Source of the DNA: Camelus dromedarius
Lineage: Eukaryota
DNA length: 64,000 nucleotides
Assembly: GCF_036321535.1 (NCBI RefSeq)
Contig: NC_087436.1
Location: forward strand, 2,914,001 to 2,978,000
Direction: 5' to 3'
Positions 38,201 through 51,181 of this stretch are shown one piece after another. Under the pieces are notes generated by a model. It saw only the letters and a list, made by a program, of their open reading frames with translations, did no database searches and was not told the DNA's origin. Made by a program: the position numbers and the translations under genes. The stretch's first letter is position 1; the number at the start of each line of letters is the position of its first letter.

Positions 38201-41200
38201 TCATCTAGCACAAATGGAACGGGTTGCAGGAGAAACTTTTTCTCTGGTTTCTCAGTCTGTTTCCTAGTGCCGGGATGATGTTCCTGAATTTTTCACTGTA
38301 AAACCGAATTGGAGCTAGTACCTCCCCATATATATGTGTGGAGTGGGGTTTGCAACTGAAAAGAAACTTTGTGTTCCCAACAAGCTATGTGAAGGACGGC
38401 TTTCACACACACTTATCTCTCAGAAGTGAGCATGTGGAGAGACTTTCGTTCATCTAGCACAAATGGAACGGGTTGAAGGAGAAACTTTTACTCTGGATTC
38501 TCAGTCTGTTTCCTAGTGCCGGTTTGAAGTTCCTGCAGTTTTCACTGTAAAACCGATTTGGAGCTAGTACCTACCCATATATATGTATGGAGTGGTGTTT
38601 GCAAGTGAAAAGAAACTTTGTGTTCCCAACAAGCTAGTTGAAGGCGGCTTTCACACACAATTATCTCTCAGAATTGAGCATGTGGAGAGACGTTCGTTCA
38701 TCTAGCACAAAGGGAACGGGTTGCAGGAGAAACTTTTACTCTGGTTTCTCAGTCTGTTTCCTAGTGCCGGGATGAAGTTCCTGAATTTTTCACTGTAAAA
38801 CCGAATTGGAGCTAGTACCTCCCCATATATAGGTATGGAGTGGGGTTTGCAACTGAAAAGAAACTTTGTGTTCCCAACAAGATATGTGAAGGACGGCTTT
38901 CACACACACTTATCTCTCAGAACTGAGCATGTGGAGAGACGTTCGTTCATCTAGCACGAATGGAACGGATTGCAGGAGAAACCTTTACTCTGGTTTCTCA
39001 GTCTGTTTCCTAGTGCCGTTCGGAAGTTCGTTCAGTTTTCAATGAAAAACTGTGTTGGGGCTAGTACCTCCCCATATATATGTATGGATTGGTGTTTGCA
39101 ACTGAAAAGATACTTTGTGTTCCCAACAAGCTTGGTGAAGGACGGCTTTCACATACAATTATCTCTCAGAACTGAGCATGTGGAGAGACGTTCGTTCATC
39201 TAGCACAAACGGAACGGGTTGCAGTAGAAACTTTTTCTCTGGTTTCTCAGTCTGTTTCCTAGTGCCGGTTTGAAGTTCCTGCAGTTTTCACTGTAAAACC
39301 GAGTTGGAGCTTGTACCTCCCCATATATACGTATGGAATGGGGTTTGCAAGTGAAAAGAAACTTTGTGTTCCCAACAAGCTAGCTGAAGGAAGGCTTTCA
39401 CACACAATAATCTCTCAGAACTGAGCATGTGGAGAGACGTTCGTTCATCTAGCGCAAAGGGAACGGGTTGCAGGAGAAACTTTTACTCTGGTTTCTCAGT
39501 CTGTTTCCTAGTGCCGGTTTGAAGTTCCTGCAGTTTTCAAGTTAAAACCGAGTTGGAGCTAGAACCTCCCATATACATGTATGGAGCGGAGTTTGCAAGT
39601 GAAAAGCAACTTTGTGTTCCCAACAAGCTTGGTGAAGGACGGCTTTCACATACAATAATCTCTCAGAAATGAGCATGTGGAGAGACGCCCGTTCAACTAG
39701 CACAAAGGGAACGGGTTGCAGGAGAAACTTTTACTCTGGTTTCTCAGTCTTTTTCCTAGTGCCGGTTTGAAGTTCCTGCAGTTTTCACTGTAAAACCGAG
39801 TTGGAGCTAGTACCTCCCCATATATATGTATGGACTGGAGTTTGCAACTGAAAAGAAACTTTGTGTTCCCAACAAGCTGGGTGAAGGACGGATTTCACAC
39901 ACACTTATCTCTCAGAACTGAGCATGTGGAGAGAATTTCGTTCATCTAGCACAAAGGGAACGGATTGCAGGAGAAACTTTTACTCTGGTTTCTCAGTCTG
40001 TTTACTAGTGCCGGTTGGAATTTCCTTCAGTTTTCAATGAAAAACAGTGTTGGAGCTAGTACCTCCCCATATATATGTATGGATTGGTGTTTGCAACTGA
40101 AAAGAACTTTGTGTTCCCAACAAGCTTGGTGAAGGACTGCTTTCTCATACACTTATCACTCAGAAATGAGCATGTGGAGAGACGTTCTTTCATCTTGCAT
40201 AAAGTGAACGGGTTGCAGGAGAAACTTTTACTCTGGTTTCTCTATCTCTTTCCTAGTGCAGGTTTGAAGTTCCTGCAGTTTTCACTGTAAAACCGAGTTG
40301 GAGCTATTACTTCCCCATATATATGTATGGAGTGGAGTTTGCAATTGAAAAGAAACTTTGTGTTCCCAAAAGAAACGTGAAGGGCGGCTTTCACACACAC
40401 GTATCTCTCAGAACTGAGCATGTGGAGAGACGTTCGTTCATCTAGCACAAATGGAACGGGTTGCAGGAGAAACTTTTTCTCTGGTTTCTCAGTCTGTTTC
40501 CTAGTGCCGGGATGATGTTCCTGAATTTTTCACTGTAAAACCGAATTGGAGCTAGTACCTCCCCATATATATGTGTGGAGTGGGGTTTGCAACTGAAAAG
40601 AAACTTTGTGTTCCCAACAAGCTATGTGAAGGACGGCTTTCACACACACTTATCTCTCAGAAGTGAGCATGTGGAGAGACTTTCGTTCATCTAGCACAAA
40701 TGGAACGGGTTGAAGGAGAAACTTTTACTCTGGATTCTCAGTCTGTTTCCTAGTGCCGGTTTGAAGTTCCTGCAGTTTTCACTGTAAAACCGAGTTGGAG
40801 CTAGTACCTCCCCATATATATGTATGGAGTGGTGTTTGCAAGTGAAAAGAAACTTTGTGTTCCCAACAAGCTAGTTGAAGGCGGCTTTCACACACAATTA
40901 TCTCTCAGAATTGAGCATGTGGAGAGACGTTCGTTCATCTAGCACAAAGGGAACGGGTTGCAGGAGAAACTTTTACTCTGGTTTCTCAGTCTGTTTCCTA
41001 GTGCCGTTTGGAAGTTCCTTCAGTTTTCAATGAAAAACTGTGTTGGAGCTAGTACCTCCCCATATATATGTATGGATTGGTGTTTGCAACTGAAAAGATA
41101 CTTTGTGTTCCCAACAAGCTTGTTGAAGTACGGCTTTCACATACACTTATCTCTCAGAACTGAGCATGTGGAGAGACGTTCGTTCATCTAGCACAAACGG

Positions 41201-44200
41201 AACGGGTTGCAGTAGAAACTATTTCTCTGGTTTCTCAGTCTGTTTCCTAGTGCCGGTTTGAAGTTCCTGCAGTTTTCACTGTAAAACCGAGTTGGAGCTA
41301 GTACCTCCCCATATATACGTATGGAGTGGGGTTGGCAAGTGAAAAGAAACTTTGTGTTCCCAACAAGCTAGGTGAAGGAAGGCTTTCACACACAATTATC
41401 TCTCAGAACTGAGCATGTGGAGAGACGTTCGTTCATCTAGCGCAAAGGGAACGGGTTGCAGGAGAAACTATTACTCTGGTTTCTCAGTCTGTTTCCTAGT
41501 GCTTTTGAAGTTCCTGCAGTTTTCACTCTAAAACAGAGTTGGAGCTAGTACCTCCCCATATATATGTATGGAGTGGTGTTTGCAACTTAATAGAATCTTT
41601 GTGTTCCCTACAAGCTTGGTGTAGGACGGCTTTCACATACACTTATCTCTCAGAACTGAGCATGTGGAGAGACGTTCGTTCATCTAGCACAAACAGAACG
41701 GGTTGCAGGAGAAACTTTTACTCTGGTTTCTCAGTCTGTTTACTAGTGCTGGTTTGAGGTTCCTGAAGTTTTCACTGTAAAACCGAGTTGTAGCTAGTAC
41801 CTCCCCATATATATATATGGAGTGGGGTTTGCAAGTCAAAACAAACTTTGTTTTCCCAACAAGCTAGTTGAAGGACGGCTTTCACACACAATTACCACTC
41901 AGAAATGAGCATGTGGAGAGACGTTCGTTCATCTAGCATAAAGGGAACGGGTTGCAGGAGAAACTTTTTCTCTGGTTTCTCAGTCTTTTTCCTAGTGCCG
42001 GTTTGAAGTTCCTGCAGTTTTCACTGTAAAACCGAGTTGGAGCTAGTACCTCCCCATATATATGTATGGACTGGAGTTTGCAACTGAAAAGAAACTTTGT
42101 GTTCCCAACAAGCTGGGTGAAGGACGGATTTCACACACACTTATCTCTCAGAACTGAGCATGTGGAGAGAATTTCGTTCATCTAGCACAAAGGGAACGGA
42201 TTGCAGGAGAAACTTTTACTCTGGTTTCTCAGTCTGTTTACTAGTGCCGGTTGGAATTTCCTTCAGTTTTCAATGAAAAACAGTGTTGGAGCTAGTACCT
42301 CCCCATATATATGTATGGATTGGTGTTTGCAACTGAAAAGAACTTTGTGTTCCCAACAAGCTTGGTGAAGGACTGCTTTCTCATACACTTATCACTCAGA
42401 AATTAGCATGTGGAGAGACGTTCTTTCATCTTGCATAAAGTGAACGGGTTGCAGGAGAAACTTTTACTCTGGTTTCTCTATCTCTTTCCTAGTGCAGGTT
42501 TGAAGTTCCTGCAGTTTTCACTGTAAAACCGAGTTGGAGCTATTACTTCCCCATATATATGTATGGAGTGGAGTTTGCAATTGAAAAGAAACTTTGTGTT
42601 CCCAAAAGAAACGTGAAGGGCGGCTTTCACACACACGTATCTCTCAGAACTGAGCATGTGGAGAGACGTTCGTTCATCTAGCACAAATGGAACGGGTTGC
42701 AGGAGAAACTTTTTCTCTGGTTTCTCAGTCTGTTTCCTAGTGCCGGGATGATGTTCCTGAATTTTTCACTGTAAAACCGAATTTGAGCTAGTACCTCCCC
42801 ATATATATGTGTGGAGTGGGGTTTGCAACTGAAAAGAAACTTTGTGTTCCCAACAAGCTATGTGAAGGACGGCTTTCACACACACTTATCTCTCAGAAGT
42901 GAGCATGTGGAGAGACTTTCGTTCATCTAGCACAAATGGAACGGGTTGAAGGAGAAACTTTTACTCTGGATTCTCAGTCTGTTTCCTAGTGCCGGTTTGA
43001 AGTTCCTGCAGTTTTCACTGTAAAACCGAGTTGGAGCTAGTACCTCCCCATATATATGTATGGAGTGGTGTTTGCAAGTGAAAAGAAACTTTGTGTTCCC
43101 AACAAGCTAGTTGAAGGCGGCTTTCACACACAATTATCTCTCAGAATTGAGCATGTGGAGAGACGTTCGTTCATCTAGCACAAAGGGAACGGGTTGCAGG
43201 AGAAACTTTTACTCTGGTTTCTCAGTCTGTTTCCTAGTGCCGGGATGAAGTTCCTGAATTTTTCACTGTAAAACCGAATTGGAGCTAGTACCTCCCCATA
43301 TATAGGTATGGAGTGGGGTTTGCAACTGAAAAGAAACTTTGTGTTCCCAACAAGATATGTGAAGGACGGCTTTCACACACACTTATCTCTCAGAACTGAG
43401 CATGTGGAGAGACGTTCGTTCATCTAGCACAAAGGGAACGGGTTGCAGGAGAAACCTTTTCTCTGGTTTCTCAGTCTGTTTCCTAGTGCCGTTTGGAAGT
43501 TCCTTCAGTTTTCAATGAAAAACTGTGTTGGAGCTAGTACCTCCCCATATATATGTATGGATTGGTGTTTGCAACTGAAAAGATACTTTGTGTTCCCAAC
43601 AAGCTTGTTGAAGTACGGCTTTCACATACACTTATCTCTCAGAACTGAGCATGTGGAGAGACGTTCGTTCATCTAGCACAAACGGAACGGGTTGCAGTAG
43701 AAACTATTTCTCTGGTTTCTCAGTCTGTTTCCTAGTGCCGGTTTGAAGTTCCTGCAGTTTTCACTGTAAAACCGAGTTGGAGCTAGTACCTCCCCATATA
43801 TACGTATGGAGTGGGGTTGGCAAGTGAAAAGAAACTTTGTGTTCCCAACAAGCTAGGTGAAGGAAGGCTTTCACACACAATTATCTCTCAGAACTGAGCA
43901 TGTGGAGAGACGTTCGTTCATCTAGCGCAAAGGGAACGGGTTGCAGGAGAAACTATTACTCTGGTTTCTCAGTCTGTTTCCTAGTGCTTTTGAAGTTCCT
44001 GCAGTTTTCACTCTAAAACAGAGTTGGAGCTAGTACCTCCCCATATATATGTATGGAGTGGTGTTTGCAACTTAATAGAAACTTTGTGTTCCCTACAAGC
44101 TTGGTGTAGGACGGCTTTCACATACACTTATCTCTCAGAACTGAGCATGTGGAGAGACGTTCGTTCATCTAGCACAAACAGAACGGGTTGCAGGAGAAAC

Positions 44201-44223
44201 TTTTACTCTGGTTTCTCAGTCTG

Positions 44224-46709
44224 TTTACTAGTGCTGGTTTGAGGTTCCTGAAGTTTTCACTGTAAAACCGAGTTGTAGCTAGTACCTCCCCATATATATA
44301 TATGGAGTGGGGTTTGCAAGTCAAAACAAACTTTGTTTTCCCAACAAGCTAGTTGAAGGACGGCTTTCACACACAATTACCACTCAGAAATGAGCATGTG
44401 GAGAGACGTTCGTTCATCTAGCATAAAGGGAACGGGTTGCAGGAGAAATTTTACACTGGTTTCTCTGTCTGTTTCCTAGTGCCGGTTTGAAATTCCTGCA
44501 GTTTTCACTGTAAAACCGAGTTGGAGCTATTACCTCCCCATATATATGTATGGAGTGGAGTTTGCAATTGAAAAGAAACTTTGTGTTCCCAACAAGAAAC
44601 GTGAATTACGGCTTTCACACACACTTATCTCTCAGAACTGAGCATGTGGAGAGACGTTCGTTCATCTAGCACAAAGGGAACGGGTTGCAGGGGAAACTTT
44701 TACTCTGGTATCTCAGTCTGATTCCTAGTGCCGGGATGAAGTTCCTGAATTTTTCACTGTTAAACCGAATTGGATCTTGTACCTCCCCATATATATGTAT
44801 GAAGTTGGGTTTGCAACTGAAAAGAAACTTTGTGTTCCCAACAAGCTATGTGAAGGACGGCTTTCACACACACTTATCTCTCAGAACTGAGCATGTGGAG
44901 AGACGTTCGTTCATCTAGCACAAAGGGAATGGGTGGCAGGAGAAACTTTTACTCTGGTTTCTCAGTCTGTTTCCTAGTGCAGGTTGGAAGTTCCTTCAAT
45001 TTTCAATGAAAACAGTGTTGGAGCTAGTACCTCCCCATATATATGTATGGATTGGTGTTTGCAACTGAAAAGAAACTTTGTGTTCCCAACAAGCTTGGTG
45101 AAGTTCGGCTTTCACTTACACTTATCTCTCAGAACTGAGCATGTGGAGAGACGTTCGTTCATCTCACACAAACGGAACTGGTTGCAGTAGAAACTTTTAC
45201 TCTGGTTTCTCAGTCTGTTTCCTAGTGCCGGTTTGAAGTTCCTGCAGTTTTCACTTTAAAACCGAGTTGGAGCTAGTACCTCCCCATATATATGTATGGA
45301 GTGGGGTGTGCAAGTGGAAAGAAACTTTGTGTTCCCAACAATCTAGTTGAAGGACGGCTTTCACACACACTACTCTCTCAGAACTGAGCACGTGGAGAGA
45401 CGTTAGTTCATCTAGCACAAATGGAACGGGTTGCAGGAGAAACTTTTACTCTGGTTTCTCAGTCTGTTTACTAGTGCTGGTTTGAGGTTCCTGAAGTTTT
45501 CACTGTAAAACCGAGTTGTAGCTAGTACCTCCCCATATATATATATGGAGTGGGGTTTGCAAGTCAAAAGAAACTTTGTTTTCCCAACAAGCTAGGTGAA
45601 GGACGGCTTTCACACACAATTACCACTCAGAAATGAGCATGTGGAGAGACGTTCGTTCATCTAGCATAAAGGGAACGGGTTGCAGGAGAAATTTTACACT
45701 GGTTTCTCTGTCTGTTTCCTAGTGCCGGTTTGAAATTCCTGCAGTTTTCACTGTAAAACCGAGTTGGAGCTATTACCTCCCCATATATATGTATGGAGTG
45801 GAGTTTGCAATTGAAAAGAAACTTTGTGTTCCCAACAAGAAACGTGAATTACGGCTTTCACACACACTTATCTCTCAGAACTGAGCATGTGGAGAGACGT
45901 TCGTTCATCTAGCACAAAGGGAACGGGTTGCAGGGGAAACTTTTACTCTGGTATCTCAGTCTGATTCCTAGTGCCGGGATGAAGTTCCTGAATTTTTCAC
46001 TGTTAAACCGAATTGGATCTTGTACCTCCCCATATATATGTATGAAGTTGGGTTTGCAACTGAAAAGAAACTTTGTGTTCCCAACAAGCTATGTGAAGGA
46101 CGGCTTTCACACACACTTATCTCTCAGAACTGAGCATGTGGAGAGACGTTCGTTCATCTAGCACAAAGGGAACGGGTGGCAGGAGAAACTTTTACTCTGG
46201 TTTCTCAGTCTGTTTCCTAGTGCAGGTTGGAAGTTCCTTCAATTTTCAATGAAAACAGTGTTGGAGCTAGTACCTCCCCATATATATGTATGGATTGGTG
46301 TTTGCAACTGAAAAGAAACTTTGTGTTCCCAACAAGCTTGGTGAAGTTCGGCTTTCACTTACACTTATCTCTCAGAACTGAGCATGTGGAGAGACGTTCG
46401 TTCATCTCACACAAACGGAACTGGTTGCAGTAGAAACTTTTACTCTGGTTTCTCAGTCTGTTTCCTAGTGCCGGTTTGAAGTTCCTGCAGTTTTCACTTT
46501 AAAACCGAGTTGGAGCTAGTACCTCCCCATATATATGTATGGAGTGGGGTTTGCAAGTGGAAAGAAACTTTGTGTTCCCAACAATCTAGTTGAAGGACGG
46601 CTTTCACACACACTACTCTCTCAGAACTGAGCACGTGGAGAGACGTTCGTTCATCTAGCACAAATGGAACGGGTTGCAGGAGAATCTTTTACTCTGGTTT
46701 CTCAGTCTG
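44224..46709. repeat. 5-mer tandem repeat (1243 bp): N V W E F x2
   Basis: ORF offsets 44685->45928 and 44984->46227 are 1243. Confidence 0.85.
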
Positions 46710-49700
46710 TTTCCTAGTGCCGTTTTGAAGTTCCTGCAGTTTTCACTGTAAAACCGTGTTGGAGCTAGTACCTCCCCATATATATGTATGGAATGGAGTT
46801 AGCAAGTGAAAAGAAACTTTGTGTTCCCAACAAGCTATGTGAATGACGGCTTTCACACACAATTATCTCTCAGAAATGAGCATGTGGTGAGACGTTCGTT
46901 CATCTAGCACAAAGGGAACGGGTTGCAGGAGAATCTTTTACTCTGGTTTCTCAGTCTGTTTCCTAGTGCTGGTTTGATGTTCCTGCAGGTTTCACTGTAA
47001 AACAGAGTTGGAGCTAGTACCCCCCCATATATATGTATGGATTGGAGTTTGCAAGAGAAAAGAATCTTTCTGTTCCCAACAAGCTGGGTGAAGAACGGCT
47101 TTCACACACACTTATCTCTCAGAACTGAGCACGTGGAGAGACGTTCGTTCATCTAGCACAAATGGAACGTGTTGCAAGAGTAACTTTTACTCTGGTTTCT
47201 CAGTCTGTTTCCTAGTGCCGGTTTGAAGTTCCTGCAGTTTTCAAGTTAAAACCGAGTTGGAGCTAGAACCTCCCATATACATGTATGGAGCGGAGTTTGC
47301 AGGTGAAAAGAAACTTTGTGTTCCCAACAAGCTTGGTGAAGGACGGCTTTCACATACAATAATCTCTCAGAAATGAGCATGTGGAGAGACGCCCGTTCAA
47401 CTAGCACAAAGGGAACGGGTTGCAGGAGAAACTTTTACTCTGGTTTCTCAGTCTTTTTCCTAGTGCCGGTTTGAAGTTCCTGCAGTTTTCACTGTAAAAC
47501 CGAGTTGGAGCTAGTACCTCCCCATATATATGTATGGACTGGAGTTTGCAACTGAAAAGAAACTTTGTGTTCCCAACAAGCTGTGTGAAGGACGGATTTC
47601 ACACACACTTATCTCTCAGAACTGAGCATGTGGAGAGAATTTCGTTCATCTAGCACAAAGGGAACGGATTGCAGGAGAAACTTTTACTCTGGTTTCTCAG
47701 TCTGTTTACTAGTGCCGGTTGGAATTTCCTTCAGTTTTCAATGAAAAACAGTGTTGGAGCTAGTACCTCCCCATATATATGTATGGATTGGTGTTTGCAA
47801 CTGAAAAGAACTTTGTGTTCCCAACAAGCTTGGTGAAGGACTGCTTTCTCATACACTTATCACTCAGAAATGAGCATGTGGAGAGACGTTCTTTCATCTT
47901 GCATAAAGTGAACGGGTTGCAGGAGAAACTTTTACTCTGGTTTCTCTGTCTCTTTCCTAGTGCAGGTTTGAAGTTCCTGCAGTTTTCACTGTAAAACCGA
48001 GTTGGAGCTATTACTTCCCCATATATATGTATGGAGTGGAGTTTGCAATTGAAAAGAAACTTTGTGTTCCCAAAAGAAACGTGAAGGACGGCTTTCACAC
48101 ACACGTATCTCTCAGAACTGAGCATGTGGAGAGACGTTCGTTCATCTAGCACAAATGGAACGGGTTGCAGGAGAAACTTTTTCTCTGGTTTCTCAGTCTG
48201 TTTCCTAGTGCAGGTTGGAAGTTCCTTCAATTTTCAATGAAAACAGTGTTGGAGCTAGTACCTCCCCATATATATGTATGGATTGGTGTTTGCAACTGAA
48301 AAGAAACTTTGTGTTCCCAACAAGCTTGGTGAAGTTCGGCTTTCACTTACACTTATCTCTCAGAACTGAGCATGTGGAGAGACGTTCGTTCATCTCACAC
48401 AAACGGAACTGGTTGCAGTAGAAACTTTTACTCTGGTTTCTCAGTCTGTTTCCTAGTGCCGGTTTGAAGTTCCTGAAGTTTTCACTTTAAAACCGAGTTG
48501 GAGCTAGTACCTCCCCATATATATGTATGGAGTGGGGTTTGCAAGTGGAAAGAAACTTTGTGTTCCCAACAATCTAGTTGAAGGACGGCTTTCACACACA
48601 CTACTCTCTCAGAACTGAGCACGTGGAGAGACGTTCGTTCATCTAGCACAAATGGAACGGGTTGCAGGAGAATCTTTTACTCTGGTTTCTTAGTCTGTTT
48701 CCTAGTGCCGTTTTGATGTTCCTGCAGTTTTCACTGTAAAACCGTGTTGGAGCTAGTACCTCCCCATATATATGTATGGAATGGAGTTAGCAAGTGAAAA
48801 GAAACTTTGTGTTCCCAACAAGCTATGTGAATGACGGCTTTCACACACAATTATCTCTCAGAAATGAGCATGTGGTGAGACGTTCGTTCATCTAGCACAA
48901 AGGGAACGGGTTGCAGGAGAATCTTTTACTCTGGTTTCTCAGTCTGTTTCCTAGTGCTGGTTTGATGTTCCTGCAGGTTTCACTGTAAAACAGAGTTGGA
49001 GCTAGTACCCCCCCATATATATGTATGGATTGGAGTTTGCAAGAGAAAAGAATCTTTCTGTTCCCAACAAGCTGGGTGAAGAACGGCTTTCACACACACT
49101 TATCTCTCAGAACTGAGCACGTGGAGAGACGTTCGTTCATCTAGCACAAATGGAACGTGTTGCAAGAGTAACTTTTACTCTGGTTTCTCAGTCTGTTTCC
49201 TAGTGCCGGTTTGAAGTTCCTGCAGTTTTCAAGTTAAAACCGAGTTGGAGCTAGAACCTCCCATATACATGTATGGAGCGGAGTTTGCAGGTGAAAAGAA
49301 ACTTTGTGTTCCCAACAAGCTTGGTGAAGGACGGCTTTCACATACAATAATCTCTCAGAAATGAGCATGTGGAGAGACGCCCGTTCAACTAGCACAAAGG
49401 GAACGGGTTGCAGGAGAAACTTTTACTCTGGTTTCTCAGTCTTTTTCCTAGTGCCGGTTTGAAGTTCCTGCAGTTTTCACTGTAAAACCGAGTTGGAGCT
49501 AGTACCTCCCCATATATATGTATGGACTGGAGTTTGCAACTGAAAAGAAACTTTGTGTTCCCAACAAGCTGTGTGAAGGACGGATTTCACACACACTTAT
49601 CTCTCAGAACTGAGCATGTGGAGAGAATTTCGTTCATCTAGCACAAAGGGAACGGATTGCAGGAGAAACTTTTACTCTGGTTTCTCAGTCTGTTTACTAG

Positions 49701-50188
49701 TGCCGGTTGGAATTTCCTTCAGTTTTCAATGAAAAACAGTGTTGGAGCTAGTACCTCCCCATATATATGTATGGATTGGTGTTTGCAACTGAAAAGAACT
49801 TTGTGTTCCCAACAAGCTTGGTGAAGGACTGCTTTCTCATACACTTATCACTCAGAAATGAGCATGTGGAGAGACGTTCTTTCATCTTGCATAAAGTGAA
49901 CGGGTTGCAGGAGAAACTTTTACTCTGGTTTCTCTGTCTCTTTCCTAGTGCAGGTTTGAAGTTCCTGCAGTTTTCACTGTAAAACCGAGTTGGAGCTATT
50001 ACTTCCCCATATATATGTATGGAGTGGAGTTTGCAATTGAAAAGAAACTTTGTGTTCCCAAAAGAAACGTGAAGGACGGCTTTCACACACACGTATCTCT
50101 CAGAACTGAGCATGTGGAGAGACGTTCGTTCATCTAGCACAAACGGAACGGGTTGCAGTAGAAACTTTTTCTCTGGTTTCTCAGTCTG
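46213..50188. repeat. 8-mer tandem duplication (1988 bp): E F G H' O P I J x2
   Basis: ORF offsets 46227->48215 and 47779->49767 are 1988. Confidence 0.88.
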
Positions 50189-51181
50189 TTTCCTAGTGCC
50201 GGTTTGAAGTTCCTGCAGTTTTCACTGTAAAACGGAGTTGGAGCTAGTACCTCCCCATATATACGTATGGAATGGGGTTTGCAAGTGAAAAGAAACTTTG
50301 TGTTCCCAACAAGCTAGCTGAAGGAAGGCTTTCACACACAATAATCTCTCAGAACTGAGCATGTGGAGAGACGTTCGTTCATCTAGCGAAAAGGGAACGG
50401 GTTGCAGGAGAAACTTTTACTCTGGTTTCTCAGTCTGTTTCCTAGTGCCGTTTGAAGTTCCTGTAGTTTTCACTGTAAAACCGATTTGGAGCTCGTACCT
50501 CCCCATATATATGTATGGAGTGGAGTTTGCAAGTGAAAAGAAACTTTGTGTTCCCAACAAGCTAGTTGAAGGCGGCTTTCACACACAATTATCTCTCAAA
50601 ACTGAGCACGTGGAGAGACGTTCATTCATCTAGCACAAATGGAACGGGTTGAAGGAGAAACTTTTACTCTGGATTCTCAGTCTGTTTCCTATTGCCGGTT
50701 TGAAGTTCCTGCAGTTTTCACTGTAAAATCGAGTTGGAGCTAGTACCTCCCCATATATATGTATGGAGTGGAGTTTGAAAGTGAAAAGAAAATTTGTGTT
50801 CCCAACAAGCTAGTTGAAGGCTGCTTTCACACACAATTATCTCTCAGAACTGAGCATGTGGAGAGACGTTCGTTCATCTAGCACAAAGGGAACGGGTTGC
50901 AGGAGAAACCTTTTCTCTGGTTTCTCAGTCTGTTTCCTAGTGCCGTTTGGAAGTTCCTTCAGTTTTCAATGAAAATCTGTGTTGGAGCTAGTACCTCCCC
51001 ATATATATGTATGGATTGGTGTTTGCAACTGAAAAGATACTTTGTGTTCCCAACAAGCTTGTTGAAGTACGGCTTTCACATACACTTATCTCTCAGAACT
51101 GAGCATGTGGAGAGACGTTCGTTCATCTAGCACAAACGGAACGGGTTGCAGTAGAAACTATTTCTCTGGTTTCTCAGTCTG

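Larger units (their letters stand above)
28071..48200. repeat. ~10 kb tandem super-duplication 2: copy 1 28071-38011, copy 2 38012-48200
   Basis: ORF offsets are 9941 (29029->38970, 30134->40075, 31017->40958, 31598->41539), 9693 (33750->43443, 34331->44024, 34992->44685) and 10936 (36843->47779). The rare variant AAAAGCAACT occurs at ~29661 and ~39602. Confidence 0.75.
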
